Shown here: positions 20,737 through 31,358 of the stretch, piece by piece | Numbering within the stretch: position 1 is the stretch's first letter | How the letters are laid out: the number at the start of each line of letters is the position of its first letter | Source: an uncultured Actinomycetes bacterium | GTDB taxonomy: Bacteria; Actinomycetota; Thermoleophilia; UBA2241 | NCBI GenBank assembly: GCA_963725665.1 | Contig: CAVRZA010000002.1 | Span: 1 to 64,000 of the forward strand | Direction: 5' to 3' | Length of the DNA stretch: 64,000 nt | Program-made: the position numbers and the translations under genes | Notes under the pieces: generated by a model | What the model was told of the DNA's origin: nothing | Database searches by the model: none | What the model saw: the letters and a program-made list of their open reading frames with translations, nothing else

Positions 20737-21984
20737 TCAGGCAGGCGGTCCGCTGGCGAGCTTCACCGCGGCAGTGTGCGCCTGCCCTGCCGGGTCGATC
20801 CAGCGGAGCTGCACAGTGTCCCCCGGATGGCGTGCCGACAGCAGGTCGGTGAGTCCGCTCGCCGAGGTCACGGCCTGCCCGTCAACCGTTGTGATCACGT
20901 CGCCCTGTGCAAGCCCGGCTTGCTGTGCCGGATACCCCTGGATGACGCCGCCCACGACGGCTCCTCTAGCTTGGGATGTGCTGCCGCCCCCGAAGCCGCC
21001 CAGCTGCGCGGATGGGACGACCTGCACCCCGAGGAAGCCGGTCGGCCCGATGTGCACGGTCGATGAGGCGCTCCCCGCTTCGATCTGCCTGACGATCGCG
21101 ATCGCGGCGTTGATCGGTATGGCGTACCCCTGGGTGGCGGCAGGCTGCATGGCGAAGCGTGCCGACGCTGCGGCGTCCATGCCGATGACCTGGCCGGTGT
21201 TGTTGACCAGGGGGCCGCCAGAGTCGCCCGGCCTGATATCGGCGTTCGTCTCGACGAGTCCGTCCAATTGCTCCGCGTTGGCGCCACCCAGGTCGCTCGC
21301 CGTGATCGTCTGATCGAGGGCGACGATCGATCCGCGGGCGACGCGAGGGGCGCCGCCGACGCCGCCGGCGTTGCCGATGGCCGTGACGCGCGCCCCCACG
21401 GACACCGTGGAGGAGTCGCCCAAGGGCACCGTCTGCAGGCCGCTGGCGCCGTGCAACTGCAACACTGCCACATCGCTGGTGCGGTCATAGCCGACGACGC
21501 TCGCGGAGTACTTCTTGCCGTTGCCGATGTCGGTCACGCTGATGCTGGTCGCGCCCTGGACGACGTGGTTGTTGGTGAGGACCTCTCCCGACTGCGTCAG
21601 CACCATGCCGGTGGCGGCCCCGCGTCCCCTGGCGAGGCCGAAGACGACGTTGATATCGACCAAGCCGGGGTCCACCTTCGCCGCGATGGCGGAGGTGGTC
21701 AAAGGACGTGACGAAGAGCCGGACTGGCCGGCAGAAGAGGTGCCGGGGGTCGAAGACGACGTCGGGGTCGACGACGACTGCGGTGTCGAGGCGGTGGCTG
21801 GTCGGCCGAAGAACAGGTGGCCGGGGCCGATCGCAGCCAGTGCGGCCGCCCCGGCTACCAACAGCCCCGCTAACACGACGGCGGTGTGGGATCGTCTTGG
21901 GCGTCGTGGGGTCGGTGGGTCTGCTCCGCCGGCGTCGTCTCGGTCGTCATCGGTTCTTATGGGAGGAAGGTCGATCTCGGTCAT
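20737..21984 (-). CDS. HtrA/DegP-like S1C serine protease with PDZ domain
   Basis: N-terminal TM helix, Ser/Thr linker, LTNNHVV, DVAVL, PGDSGGPL, C-terminal PDZ. Confidence 0.93.
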   Translation of the reverse strand: MTEIDLPPIRTDDDRDDAGGADPPTPRRPRRSHTAVVLAGLLVAGAAALAAIGPGHLFFGRPATASTPQSSSTPTSSSTPGTSSAGQSGSSSRPLTTSAIAAKVDPGLVDINVVFGLARGRGAATGMVLTQSGEVLTNNHVVQGATSISVTDIGNGKKYSASVVGYDRTSDVAVLQLHGASGLQTVPLGDSSTVSVGARVTAIGNAGGVGGAPRVARGSIVALDQTITASDLGGANAEQLDGLVETNADIRPGDSGGPLVNNTGQVIGMDAAASARFAMQPAATQGYAIPINAAIAIVRQIEAGSASSTVHIGPTGFLGVQVVPSAQLGGFGGGSTSQARGAVVGGVIQGYPAQQAGLAQGDVITTVDGQAVTSASGLTDLLSARHPGDTVQLRWIDPAGQAHTAAVKLASGPPA

Positions 21985-22329
21985 GATGCGCTCTCATCTT
22001 CTGGGCTCTGGCCACCGGCACGGTCCCACGCGGGAGCCGGCCTTGGTCGGCGGTGAACGGAAGTACTCGTCCTCGCAATCATCCCCAGAAGAGCGGCGGC
22101 TAAGCTGAACAGACGCTGTGAAGATCATTAAGAGAAGTGAAGGCGGTGCACGAGGCCGCGCGGGAGACGCGCGCCGGGGCTGCCACGGGAGGCGAGGCGC
22201 CGAGGCCGCGTGAGGAGGTTGGTGCGCTGCCGCGACCACGAGAGCAGGCCGAGCTCGCTGAGCTGACGTCGCGCGTCGCGACGGCGCCTCAGGCGTGAGT
22301 CGCCTGAAGGACGTCGATCGGCAGGGGAA

Positions 22330-22346
22330 AGTTAGCTTTGCTAACT
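22330..22346. promoter_or_regulatory. Putative MarR operator
   Basis: Perfect AGTTAGC-ttt-GCTAACT palindrome 18 bp upstream of the marR start. Confidence 0.65.
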
Positions 22347-22364
22347 ACTGGGTATCCACTGCGT

Positions 22365-22844
22365 ATGACTAGCTCCGCTCGACAGCCCGCGACGATCTCG
22401 TCGCCGCCTGCGCCATCGCGATCCGGTGACGAGGAGCTCGCTGCTCGCCTGCGTCTCGTCGTGATGCGGCTCGGCCGACGCCTGCGCCAACAGGCCGGCG
22501 ACGACTTGAGCCCGACCTTGATCTCGGCCCTGGTCACCATCGAGCGTCACGGCCCGCTGACGCTCGGCCGCTTGGCCGAGCTCGAGCGGGTCAAGCGCCC
22601 GAGCGTGACGCGCATAGTCGCGGCGCTCGAGAGGCGGGGTCTCGTCGCTTGTGAGGTCGACACAGCCGACAGGAGGGTGCGCATGGTGGCCGTCACGGCG
22701 ACGGCCCGGCGTCTCCTACAGGACAGCCGCACGCGCAAGACGGCGTACCTCGCGCGTCACTTGCGTGAGCTCTCCGGGGGCGACAACGACTGCCTCGCGG
22801 CTGCCGTCGACGTGCTCGAGCGACTCCTTGAGGGCGACGATTGA
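22365..22844 (+). CDS. MarR family transcriptional regulator
   Basis: GPLTLGRLAELERVKRPSVTRIVAALERRGLV..DRR. Confidence 0.9.
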   Translation: MTSSARQPATISSPPAPSRSGDEELAARLRLVVMRLGRRLRQQAGDDLSPTLISALVTIERHGPLTLGRLAELERVKRPSVTRIVAALERRGLVACEVDTADRRVRMVAVTATARRLLQDSRTRKTAYLARHLRELSGGDNDCLAAAVDVLERLLEGDD

Positions 22845-24310
22845 CTGCCCACGGTGAGGTCGAAGAGGCGCCCGGCACGGACTCTGGGGCGACCTCTGGT
22901 GCAGACGCCGATGCGACCACTCGGGCCCACCGGGGCCCGGCCAGCGCGGGGCTCATTGCGGCGCCTCTGACGCGGGGAGCGCGTGGCGTGTCCGCAAGCG
23001 CGGCCAGGCTCTTCACGCGTACCTTCTGGTCGCTGCGCGTGCGCAACTACCGCCTCTGGTTCACCGGACAGATCATCTCCACGACCGGCACCTGGATGCA
23101 GTCGGTCGCCCAGGGTTGGCTGGTCCTGAAGATGACCGGCAGCGCCGTCGACCTAGGCATCACCGTCGCGCTGCAGTTCGCGCCCATCCTCGTGCTCGGC
23201 GCCTATGGAGGTGTGATCGCCGACCGCTACGACAAGCGGCGGGTGCTCATCGGCACGCAGACGGCGGCCCTCGTCCAGGCGCTGGTCATCGGCCTGCTTA
23301 CGCTCACCGGCGTCGTCCAGCTCTGGATGGTGTGGATGCTGGCTCTCGTGCTCGGCTTCATCAACGTCGTGGACAACCCGACGCGGCAGAGCTTCGCCGT
23401 CGAGATGGTCGGCCGCGAGGATCTCGGCAACGCCGTCGCCCTGAACAGCGTGGTCATCAACTCGTCGCGCATCATCGGTCCGGCGATCGCCGGCCTGCTG
23501 ATCGCGGTGACGAACCTCGCCTCGACCTTTCTCGTCAACGCGGCCTCGTTCGTGGCCGTCATCGTCTGCCTGGCGCTGATGGAGCCGGCGGCGCTGCATC
23601 GTTCCAAGCCGGTGCCGCGGGCCAAGGGGCAGGTGCGCGCCGGGCTGCGCTTCGCCTGGCGTACGTGGGAGCTGCGGCTGCCGCTGCTGATGATGGGCGT
23701 GGTGGGCGTACTGGGCTACAACTTCTCGGTGATCCTGCCCTTGCTGGCCAGGTACTCGTTCCATCGCGGCGCCGGGACGTACGGCGCGCTGGCCGCGGCG
23801 ATGGGCGTCGGCGCCCTCGCCGGCGCCCTCTTCGCCGCGGCCCGCAACCGGCCCACCCACCGCCTGCTCGCCGCCGCCACGCTTGTCTTCGGCGTCTGGA
23901 GCATCCTGGTGGCTGTGGCGCCGACGCTGCACCTGGCGCTCGTCTTGCTCGTGCCGATGGGGGCCAGCGGCATCGTGTTCGTGGCCACGACCAACTCTCT
24001 CCTGCAGCTCCATTCGACGGGCGCCATGCGCGGCCGGGTCATGGCCCTCTGGGCGGTCGTCTTCCTCGGCAGCACGCCCATCGGCGGTCCGTTCACCGGT
24101 CTGGTCGCCGGCCGGTTCGGACCGCGCACGGCGCTGGCCCTCGGCGGAGTTGCCACAGTCCTCACAGCCATCGCGGCCTTTTGGGCGCTGCGCCGGCTGC
24201 GCCGTGGCGGCGCAGCCGGCGCAGCGCCCCTGCCCTTAAGGCGCGCCCACGAGGCGTCGCCGATCTTAGCGCGCTCGCGTCCGCCGGCGCCGCGCGACGA
24301 CCGCTCCTGA
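22841..24310 (+). CDS. MFS transporter
   Basis: RNYRLWFTGQIISTTGTWMQ, GVIADRYDKRR, MRGRVM; about 12 TM segments. Confidence 0.9.
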   Translation: MTAHGEVEEAPGTDSGATSGADADATTRAHRGPASAGLIAAPLTRGARGVSASAARLFTRTFWSLRVRNYRLWFTGQIISTTGTWMQSVAQGWLVLKMTGSAVDLGITVALQFAPILVLGAYGGVIADRYDKRRVLIGTQTAALVQALVIGLLTLTGVVQLWMVWMLALVLGFINVVDNPTRQSFAVEMVGREDLGNAVALNSVVINSSRIIGPAIAGLLIAVTNLASTFLVNAASFVAVIVCLALMEPAALHRSKPVPRAKGQVRAGLRFAWRTWELRLPLLMMGVVGVLGYNFSVILPLLARYSFHRGAGTYGALAAAMGVGALAGALFAAARNRPTHRLLAAATLVFGVWSILVAVAPTLHLALVLLVPMGASGIVFVATTNSLLQLHSTGAMRGRVMALWAVVFLGSTPIGGPFTGLVAGRFGPRTALALGGVATVLTAIAAFWALRRLRRGGAAGAAPLPLRRAHEASPILARSRPPAPRDDRS

Positions 24311-24519
24311 CGCCCGGCGGTGCCCTCCCGACCCGTCGCGCGCCGTCTCGCCGTCCGCGTGGCCCTCAATGTATGAGGCCCTTCCGCCGATGAACTAGAC
24401 GGCGCGGGCCGGCCGCGACGGGCTGCCCACAGACGTGCCGGTACGCTCTCGTAGAGAGCCGCGAGGGCCCGCCGTCGCCGGCGACGTCGAGAACGAGCGA
24501 CGAGGAGAGAGGCCCGGGG

Positions 24520-25767
24520 ATGCTGCTCAGGGGCAACCTCAAGGAGTTCAGCCTTCCGAACGTGTTCCAGCTCGTCAAGATGAGCGCCAAGACGGGCTGC
24601 CTGACGCTCGTGCGTGAGGGCGAGGAAGGCAAGGTCTTCTTCCGCGACGGCCGGATCCACTACGCCAGCTCCTCGCCGCAGGGGGTCCCCCTGGGGGAGC
24701 GTCTCGTGAAGGCCGGCCGGATCACGACGAAGCAGCTCAAGACCGCCCTGGCTGAGCAGCGCATCTCTGAAGACGCGGGGCGCCTGGGCGCCATTCTCAT
24801 CGAGCGCGGGGCCATCGACAGGGCCACGCTCGAACAGGCCGTGCGAGAGCAGATCGAGGATGTGACCTTCAACTTCTTCAGCTGGTCCGACGGCGAGTTC
24901 GCCTTCGCGGCCGATGAGACCGTCGATGCCGAGGACATCGTCCTCGAGATGAACGTGGAGAACGTCATCATGGAGGGCTGTCGCCGCATCGACGAATGGG
25001 AGCTCATCTTCGAGAAGCTCGGTTCGCTGGAGAAGGTGCCCCACCTGGCGATGAGCGAGGCGGTCGAGGATGCGGGCGAGGTGGGTCTCACCGCCGACGA
25101 GTGGCGGGTCGTCTGCTCCATCGACGACCGCTGCGACATCGGCACTGTCCTCAAGGAGTGCGGCCTCGACCGCTTCAACGGCGCCAAGGTCATCTACAGC
25201 CTCTTCTCGGCTGGGCTCGTCGGCGTCAGCGACCCCGTGATCGAGAACCTGGGCAGCCGCAGGGCGGTCGTCGTGCGCGGACCGATCGACATCTACAACG
25301 AGGTCTTCCTCAACACGCTCACCGACACCGGCGTGACCGAGCATCTGCGCGTTGAGATGATCGACGGGAAGGAGGTCGAGATCCCCATCCACGCGGCCAC
25401 CTTCTGCTCCAACGGAGGCGGCGAAGGGGATGAGACGCTGGTGTTCACCACCACCGTGGGCGCTCCCGAGCAAGTCTGGCGTCACCTGGCGAGCGAGGGA
25501 TCGGCGTTCGTGGTGCTCGTCAACGCCAACTCGACCGACAGCCTACGCGTCTCGGCGCGCGACTTCGAGTTCGTGCGCAGCCTCGGGGAGCCGCCGCTCG
25601 TCGTGGCCACGTATGTATCGATGGACGAGGATGCGGTGGGACCCGACGCGGTGCGCAAGGCGTTCGACCTGCCGGAGACCATCCCCGTGCTGCGCTGCGG
25701 CCTGCGCGACCGCGAGTCGGTGGTCGGGGTCGTCGAGGCCGCCGTGCGGCTGCTCCCCGACGCCTGA
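24520..25767 (+). CDS. DUF4388 protein with tandem MshEN-like motifs and a degenerate small-GTPase-like C-terminal domain
   Basis: LRGNLKEFSLPNVFQL..KTGCL..G.VFFRDG.I N-terminus; LGERLVKAGRIT..L..AL.EQ and RLGAILIERGAI..L..A..EQ. Confidence 0.75.
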   Translation: MLLRGNLKEFSLPNVFQLVKMSAKTGCLTLVREGEEGKVFFRDGRIHYASSSPQGVPLGERLVKAGRITTKQLKTALAEQRISEDAGRLGAILIERGAIDRATLEQAVREQIEDVTFNFFSWSDGEFAFAADETVDAEDIVLEMNVENVIMEGCRRIDEWELIFEKLGSLEKVPHLAMSEAVEDAGEVGLTADEWRVVCSIDDRCDIGTVLKECGLDRFNGAKVIYSLFSAGLVGVSDPVIENLGSRRAVVVRGPIDIYNEVFLNTLTDTGVTEHLRVEMIDGKEVEIPIHAATFCSNGGGEGDETLVFTTTVGAPEQVWRHLASEGSAFVVLVNANSTDSLRVSARDFEFVRSLGEPPLVVATYVSMDEDAVGPDAVRKAFDLPETIPVLRCGLRDRESVVGVVEAAVRLLPDA

Positions 25768-25888
25768 AGCCGGACTCGATCCGGCGCCACACGCCCCCCG
25801 TCTTGTAAGCTCCCCCGCTGCGGAGTACATTGTCAGGTCGTACGTCGCGCCGCGACCGTTTGCCCCGCTCCTGAAAGGACTCGCTCGC

Positions 25889-26860
25889 ATGTACTACCCT
25901 ACGTACCGCATGAGGCGCCTGCGCCGCACCGATACGCTGCGCCGGATGCTGCGCGAGACTACGCTCTCGCCCGACGACTTCATCTACCCCCTCTTCGTGT
26001 CGCACGGCGAGAACGTGCGCAACCCGATCGGGTCGATGCCTGGCTGTTACCAGCTCTCGATCGGGAACCTGCTGCCGGAGATCCGCGAGCTCCGCGAGCT
26101 GGGCATCGTCTCGGTGATCCTCTTCGGCATCCCCGCCTACAAGGACTCGGCCGCGACGGCGGCCTACGACCCCGAGGGCGTGGTGCAGATGGCGCTCAAG
26201 GCCGTCAAGGACGCGGCGCCGGAGATGGTCGTGATGACCGACGTCTGCCTCTGCGAGTACATGGATCACGGCCACTGCGGCGTCGTGCAGGACGGGCAGA
26301 TCGTGAACGACGTCACACTCGAGCTGCTGGCGAAGATGGCCATCACGCATGCCGAGGCGGGTGCAGACGTGGTCGCGCCGTCCGACATGATGGACGGACG
26401 CGTGGCGGCCATCCGCGGGGCGCTCGATGACGAGGGACTGACCGACACGATCATCATGGCCTACTCGGCGAAGTTCGCCTCGGCCTTCTACGGGCCGTTC
26501 CGGGAGGCGGCCGAGTCGCCGCCCGCCTTCGGTGACCGCAAGACTTATCAGATGGATCCCCCCAACGGGGAGGAGGCGGTGCGCGAAGCGCTGCTCGACA
26601 TAGAGGAGGGGGCCGACATCATCATGGTCAAGCCCGCGCTGCCCTATCTCGACATCGTGCATGCCGTCAAACAGGAGACAAAGTTCCCGCTCGCGGCCTA
26701 CAACGTGAGCGGCGAGTACGCGATGATCAAGGCCGCGGCCGAGAAGGGTTGGCTCGACGAGCAGGGCTGCGTGCTCGAGGCTATGACGGGCATCAGGCGC
26801 GCCGGCGCCGACCTGATCCTGAGCTACCACGCCAAGGACGTCGCCCGCTGGCTCCAGTGA
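25889..26860 (+). CDS. hemB: Porphobilinogen synthase
   Basis: RMRRLR, DVCLCEYMDHGHCG, APSDMMDGRV, MVKPAL, AYNVSGEY. Confidence 0.97.
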   Translation: MYYPTYRMRRLRRTDTLRRMLRETTLSPDDFIYPLFVSHGENVRNPIGSMPGCYQLSIGNLLPEIRELRELGIVSVILFGIPAYKDSAATAAYDPEGVVQMALKAVKDAAPEMVVMTDVCLCEYMDHGHCGVVQDGQIVNDVTLELLAKMAITHAEAGADVVAPSDMMDGRVAAIRGALDDEGLTDTIIMAYSAKFASAFYGPFREAAESPPAFGDRKTYQMDPPNGEEAVREALLDIEEGADIIMVKPALPYLDIVHAVKQETKFPLAAYNVSGEYAMIKAAAEKGWLDEQGCVLEAMTGIRRAGADLILSYHAKDVARWLQ

Positions 26861-27027
26861 GCGGCGTGCGGCGCGCCAGTGCTGAGTGTGGCGGGCGGCG
26901 CCGGGTGCCGGTCGCGACACTGGGGCAAACGCCGTCCCCTGTTGCCCGGCGCAGCGCCTGCCGCCATACTTTGTGAGCGGCTCGGTACACGTAACCTGCT
27001 ATCGCGACCCCTTGGAGTGAGCGCCGG

Positions 27028-28140
27028 ATGACCGTCCAACAGCACGGTGAGAGACCACCGCCCGCCCACACCCTCGCGGCCGACGCGCCGCGCGTCGTCG
27101 CCTGGGAGGTCACGCGGAGCTGCAACCTCGCCTGCGCCCACTGCCGCGCGTCAGCCCTCTGCGGGCCTTACGAGGGGGAGCTTACGACCGATGAGGCCCT
27201 CCGCCTCGTCGACCAGATCGCCGAGCTCGGGCGGCCGATCCTCATCCTGACCGGTGGGGAGCCGCTCATGCGCGCCGATATCTGGCAGATCGCCGAGCAT
27301 GCCATGGCACGCGGCCTGCACGCGGTCATGGCCCCCAACGGCACGCTCGTCACTCCCGAGGTCGCGGCGCGCATGCGCGAGGTCGGCATCAGGCGCATCT
27401 CCATCTCGATCGACTTTCCCAACGCGGAGGAGCACGACGTCTTCCGCGGCGTGCCGGGTGCCTTCGAGGGAGCGCTGGACGGCGTACGCAACGCCATCGC
27501 CGCCGGCGTCGAGGTGCAGATCAACTCGACCATCACGAAGATGAACGTGCGTCACCTGCCGGCGCTGCTGGCCCTCGCCGAGCGCGTCGGGGCGGTGAGC
27601 TTCCATCCCTTCCTGCTCGTGCCCACGGGGCGCGGCAAGGAGCTCGAGGAGCAGGAGCTGCCGCCCGAGGAGTACGAGAGCGCATTGAACTGGATGTACG
27701 ACGCGCAACAGTCGTCGGCGCTCTTCTTCAAGCCGACCGACGTGCCCCACTACTGGCGCGTGATGCGCCAGCGCGCCAAGGCCGACGGCAAGAAGCTCGA
27801 GGTGCACCCGCACTCGCACGGCGGCATGAACACGCTCTCCCGCGGCTGCCTGGCGGGGGTCGGCTTCTGCTTCATCTCGCACCGCGGCGAGGTGCAGCCT
27901 TGTGGCTACTTCGACGTGGTGGCGGGCGACGTGCGCCAGACCTCGTTCGGCGAGGTCTGGCGCACGTCGCCCCTCTTCCTTACTCTGCGCGATCTCTCGC
28001 AGCTCAAGGGTAAGTGCGGCGCGTGCGAGTACCGCCGCGTCTGCGGCGGCTGCCGCGCACGCGCCTACGAGGTCACGGGCGACTACATGGCTGAGGAGCC
28101 CTACTGCGTCCACGTCCCCAAAGGGTGGACGGGGGTCTAG
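27028..28140 (+). CDS. ahbD: Radical SAM heme b synthase (siroheme-dependent pathway)
   Basis: VAWEVTRSCNLACAHCRASA, GCLAGVGFCFISHRGEVQPCGY, SPASM CGAC..CGGCRARA; located beside hemB and hemL. Confidence 0.8.
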   Translation: MTVQQHGERPPPAHTLAADAPRVVAWEVTRSCNLACAHCRASALCGPYEGELTTDEALRLVDQIAELGRPILILTGGEPLMRADIWQIAEHAMARGLHAVMAPNGTLVTPEVAARMREVGIRRISISIDFPNAEEHDVFRGVPGAFEGALDGVRNAIAAGVEVQINSTITKMNVRHLPALLALAERVGAVSFHPFLLVPTGRGKELEEQELPPEEYESALNWMYDAQQSSALFFKPTDVPHYWRVMRQRAKADGKKLEVHPHSHGGMNTLSRGCLAGVGFCFISHRGEVQPCGYFDVVAGDVRQTSFGEVWRTSPLFLTLRDLSQLKGKCGACEYRRVCGGCRARAYEVTGDYMAEEPYCVHVPKGWTGV

Positions 28141-28228
28141 CTCAAGCTGGCCCCGCCGAGTTCATCCCCACGTCCCGGCGCGTAGTCGCGTAGCTCCCCA
28201 GTCCTCGCGCAACACCGTCGCCCAGTCC

Positions 28229-28721
28229 TCAGTCCTCGCCGCGTAGGCGTAGCCGCATCGTGATCGACCCGCCCTCGCGGGCGACCGGCTCGAACCCGAC
28301 CCGCACGTAAAGTCGTCGGGCGCCATGGTTCCCCAGCTCCACGCTCAAGCTCACTGCCGGGGCGCCGCTCATCCTGAGTGCCGCCACCGTGGCCTCGAGC
28401 AGCCTCGCGCCGATACCCCGCCGACGAAAACCCTCACGCACGGCGAGGCCGATCCCGGGCACGTCCTCGCCGAGGAAGCCATAGCCGGGGTGGACCGCGG
28501 TGAAGCGCCTGAACCAGCACGCCCCCACGGGCTGGGCGTCCCACTCGGCGATCACCCCGCCGTCGCCGTCGCGCCCCCAGTCCTCGACGTAGTCGGCCAC
28601 CTGGGGCGTGACGAGCACCGTCGAGGGGTGGGGGCGGCTCGCCCTGCGGCCGGCCCCACGAGGCGGCCTCCGTAAGCATCTCGGCCAGGAACGTCGCGTC
28701 GCCGGGTCGGGCCGGCCGCAT
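28229..28721 (-). CDS. GNAT acetyltransferase, frameshifted near 28620
   Basis: MRPARPGD..LAEML.EAASW in one frame; YVEDWGRDGD..RRRGIG..LY..VGF in another; shift lies at G-runs. Confidence 0.7.
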
Positions 28722-28737
28722 GCGCAGAGGAGCGGGG

Positions 28738-29232
28738 CTAGAAGTGGCGCTCGAGGAAGAGGGCCTCATCGACCATCCCGTGCTTTCTATACAGGGTCCT
28801 GGCGGCCTCGTTGTCGGGCATCGTCGAGACCGAGGCCTCGACACAGCCGGCGGCCACGAAGCGAGTCATGACTGCCTCGAGCAGTGCGTCGGCCACGCCC
28901 CGGCGTCGCGCGTGCTCGCGCACGGTGAGCTCGTCGATATAGCCCCAGCGCCCGCCGTGGAACAGTCCGGGGCGCACGAACCACGTGAGCAGCCCCACAG
29001 TCTGCCCATCGAGCTCAGCGAGAAGTGCTCCGCTCAGGGGAAACGTGAGGTACTCGGCCACGAGCTCCGGCGTCGCTGCGGCGGTCTCGCCCTCGAGGCG
29101 CGCGAGCTCGTGTACGAGCTCGGCGACGATCGCCTCGTCCCCGCGGCCGGCTTCGCGGACGCTCACGCCGCTCCGCTTGGCTTCATCTCTCTGCACCGTC
29201 GGCCCGCCTTCGCCGGACGCGTCACCGATCAT
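28738..29232 (-). CDS. GNAT acetyltransferase
   Basis: IDELTVREHARRRGVA..N.AARTLYRKHG. Confidence 0.85.
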   Translation of the reverse strand: MIGDASGEGGPTVQRDEAKRSGVSVREAGRGDEAIVAELVHELARLEGETAAATPELVAEYLTFPLSGALLAELDGQTVGLLTWFVRPGLFHGGRWGYIDELTVREHARRRGVADALLEAVMTRFVAAGCVEASVSTMPDNEAARTLYRKHGMVDEALFLERHF

Positions 29233-29354
29233 TCGCGCTCCTCCACGTTCCCTCCTTCGCGAGGTCCCTACCGCGGTCGGCTCGGCGGTCGCACGCCTGG
29301 CAACGGAGTATTATGTACCGTCAGTCACATGCTCGGCTCGATTCGGGAGGACAC

Positions 29355-30638
29355 GTGGACACTGAGGCTTCCCAGCGGCTGTTCCAGGAGGCGCTGCGCT
29401 ATATCCCTGGGGGCGTGAACTCGCCCGTGCGCGCGATGAAGAGTGTCGGTATGGACTGCCCGCTCTTCATCGCGCGTGGCAAGGGCGCCCACGTCTGGGA
29501 CGCCGACGGCAACGAGTTCATCGACTTCGTCTCGTCGTGGGGGCCGATGATCCTGGGCTTCGGGCATCCCAGCGTGCTGGCACGGCTGCACACCGTCCTC
29601 GAGGACGGCACCAGCTTCGGTGCGCCGACGGCCCTCGAAGTGGAGATGGCGAAGCTCGTGTGCGAGGCCGTTCCGTCCGTGGAGATGGTGCGCATGGTCA
29701 ACTCGGGCACCGAGGCGACGATGAGCGCTACCCGCGTCGCGCGCGGCTTCACCGGCCGCGAGAAGGTCGTCAAGTTCATCGGTTGCTACCACGGTCACTC
29801 CGACGCCTTCCTCGCCGCTGCGGGCAGCGGGGTGCTCACGCTGGCGCTGCCCGACAGCCCCGGCGTCACCGCGGGGACCACGGCCGCCACCATCCTCGTC
29901 GAGTTCAACGACGTCGCCGCGCTCGAGGCACTGTTCGCCGAGCGCGGCGAAGAGATCGCCTGCGTGATCGTCGAGCCCGTGGCCGGCAACATGGGCGTCG
30001 TTCCGCCTCGCCCCGGCTTCCTCGAGACGCTGCGCCGGCTCTGCAGCGACTACGGAGCCGTACTCATCTTCGACGAGGTCATCACCGGCTTCAGGATCGC
30101 CTGGGGAGGCGCTCAAGAGCGTTATGGGGTGCGGCCCGACTTGACGACCCTGGGCAAGATCATCGGCGGCGGCCTGCCGGTCGGAGCCTTCGGCGGCCGC
30201 CGCGACATCATGGAGACCGTCGCGCCACTCGGTGCGACGTACCAGGCGGGGACGCTGTCGGGTAACCCGCTGGCCATGGCGGCGGGCCTCGCGACGCTGG
30301 AGGTACTGCGCCAGCCGGGGAACTACGAGCGTCTCGAGAGCATCGCGGACCGCGTCGCGGCGGGGCTGCGCGACGCGCTGTCCCAGGGATCTGTCGCCGC
30401 TACGCTGAATCAGGTGGGGGCGATGATGACTCTGTTCTTTTGCGAGGGCCCCGTGGCCGATTTCGCGGCGGCGAAGGCGGCCGACACCGCGACGTACGCT
30501 CGCTATTGGCGCCACATGCTCGAGCGCGGAGTCTACCTGGCGCCGTCCCAGTTCGAGTCTACTATGATATCGCTGGCATTGAGCGATGACGACCTCGCCC
30601 GCGCCGCAGAGGCGGCGAGCGAGTTCTTCAGGGGCTAG
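29355..30638 (+). CDS. hemL: Glutamate-1-semialdehyde 2,1-aminomutase
   Basis: IPGGVNSPVRA, NSGTEATM, FDEVITGFR, GKIIGGGLPVG, GTLSGNP. Confidence 0.97.
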   Translation: MDTEASQRLFQEALRYIPGGVNSPVRAMKSVGMDCPLFIARGKGAHVWDADGNEFIDFVSSWGPMILGFGHPSVLARLHTVLEDGTSFGAPTALEVEMAKLVCEAVPSVEMVRMVNSGTEATMSATRVARGFTGREKVVKFIGCYHGHSDAFLAAAGSGVLTLALPDSPGVTAGTTAATILVEFNDVAALEALFAERGEEIACVIVEPVAGNMGVVPPRPGFLETLRRLCSDYGAVLIFDEVITGFRIAWGGAQERYGVRPDLTTLGKIIGGGLPVGAFGGRRDIMETVAPLGATYQAGTLSGNPLAMAAGLATLEVLRQPGNYERLESIADRVAAGLRDALSQGSVAATLNQVGAMMTLFFCEGPVADFAAAKAADTATYARYWRHMLERGVYLAPSQFESTMISLALSDDDLARAAEAASEFFRG

Positions 30639-30673
30639 GGGATCGGGCCCGGGGGCAGGAGGAAGGGAGAGGC

Positions 30674-31321
30674 ATGCGCAGTGTCGACAAGAGTATGGTG
30701 CCGGCGGTCACCGTCCCGCGCCTGGCGCTGTACTTGCGCAAGCTGCGCGAGCTGCAGGGGCGGGGCGTGCAGACGGTCTCGTCCAAGGAGCTGGCGGAGA
30801 GGATCGACCTCAACGCCGCGCAGATCCGCAAGGACTTCTCCTACTTCGGCGAGTTCGGAGTGCGCGGGGTCGGCTACGATGTCCCGCGTCTCATCGCCGA
30901 GATCACCAAGTCCCTGGGCCTCCACCGTTCCTGGAACGTTATCATCGTCGGCGCCGGCCTCCTGGGCACCGCGCTGGCGCGCTACAAGGGGTTCTCGGAG
31001 CAGGGCTTCCGGCTGGTGGGGATGTTCGACAGCTCGCCCAAGGTCGTGGGAAAGAGCTACGGACAAGGCAAGGTGAGCGACATCGGCGAACTCGAGGCGT
31101 TCGCCAGTGCCGAGACCGTCGACATCGCCATCATCACCGTTCCCGCCCACGCCGCCCAGGCCACCATCGACCGTGTCGTGGCGCCCACCGTCGGTGTCAC
31201 GGCTGTGCTCAACTTCGCTCCGGTGAAGGCCTTCGCTCCCAGGGACGTGATCGTGCGCCAGGTCGATCTCTCCAGCGAGCTCATGTTCCTATCGTTCTAC
31301 CTCGACAGGGAGCAGGTCTAA
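30674..31321 (+). CDS. rex: Redox-sensing transcriptional repressor Rex
   Basis: RLALYLR.L, VSSKELA, QIRKDFSYFGEFGVRGVGY, IVGAGLLG, LNFAP. Confidence 0.96.
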   Translation: MRSVDKSMVPAVTVPRLALYLRKLRELQGRGVQTVSSKELAERIDLNAAQIRKDFSYFGEFGVRGVGYDVPRLIAEITKSLGLHRSWNVIIVGAGLLGTALARYKGFSEQGFRLVGMFDSSPKVVGKSYGQGKVSDIGELEAFASAETVDIAIITVPAHAAQATIDRVVAPTVGVTAVLNFAPVKAFAPRDVIVRQVDLSSELMFLSFYLDREQV

Positions 31322-31358
31322 GTGCGCCTGCGCCGACGCGCGGTGCGCAGGTAACGGC

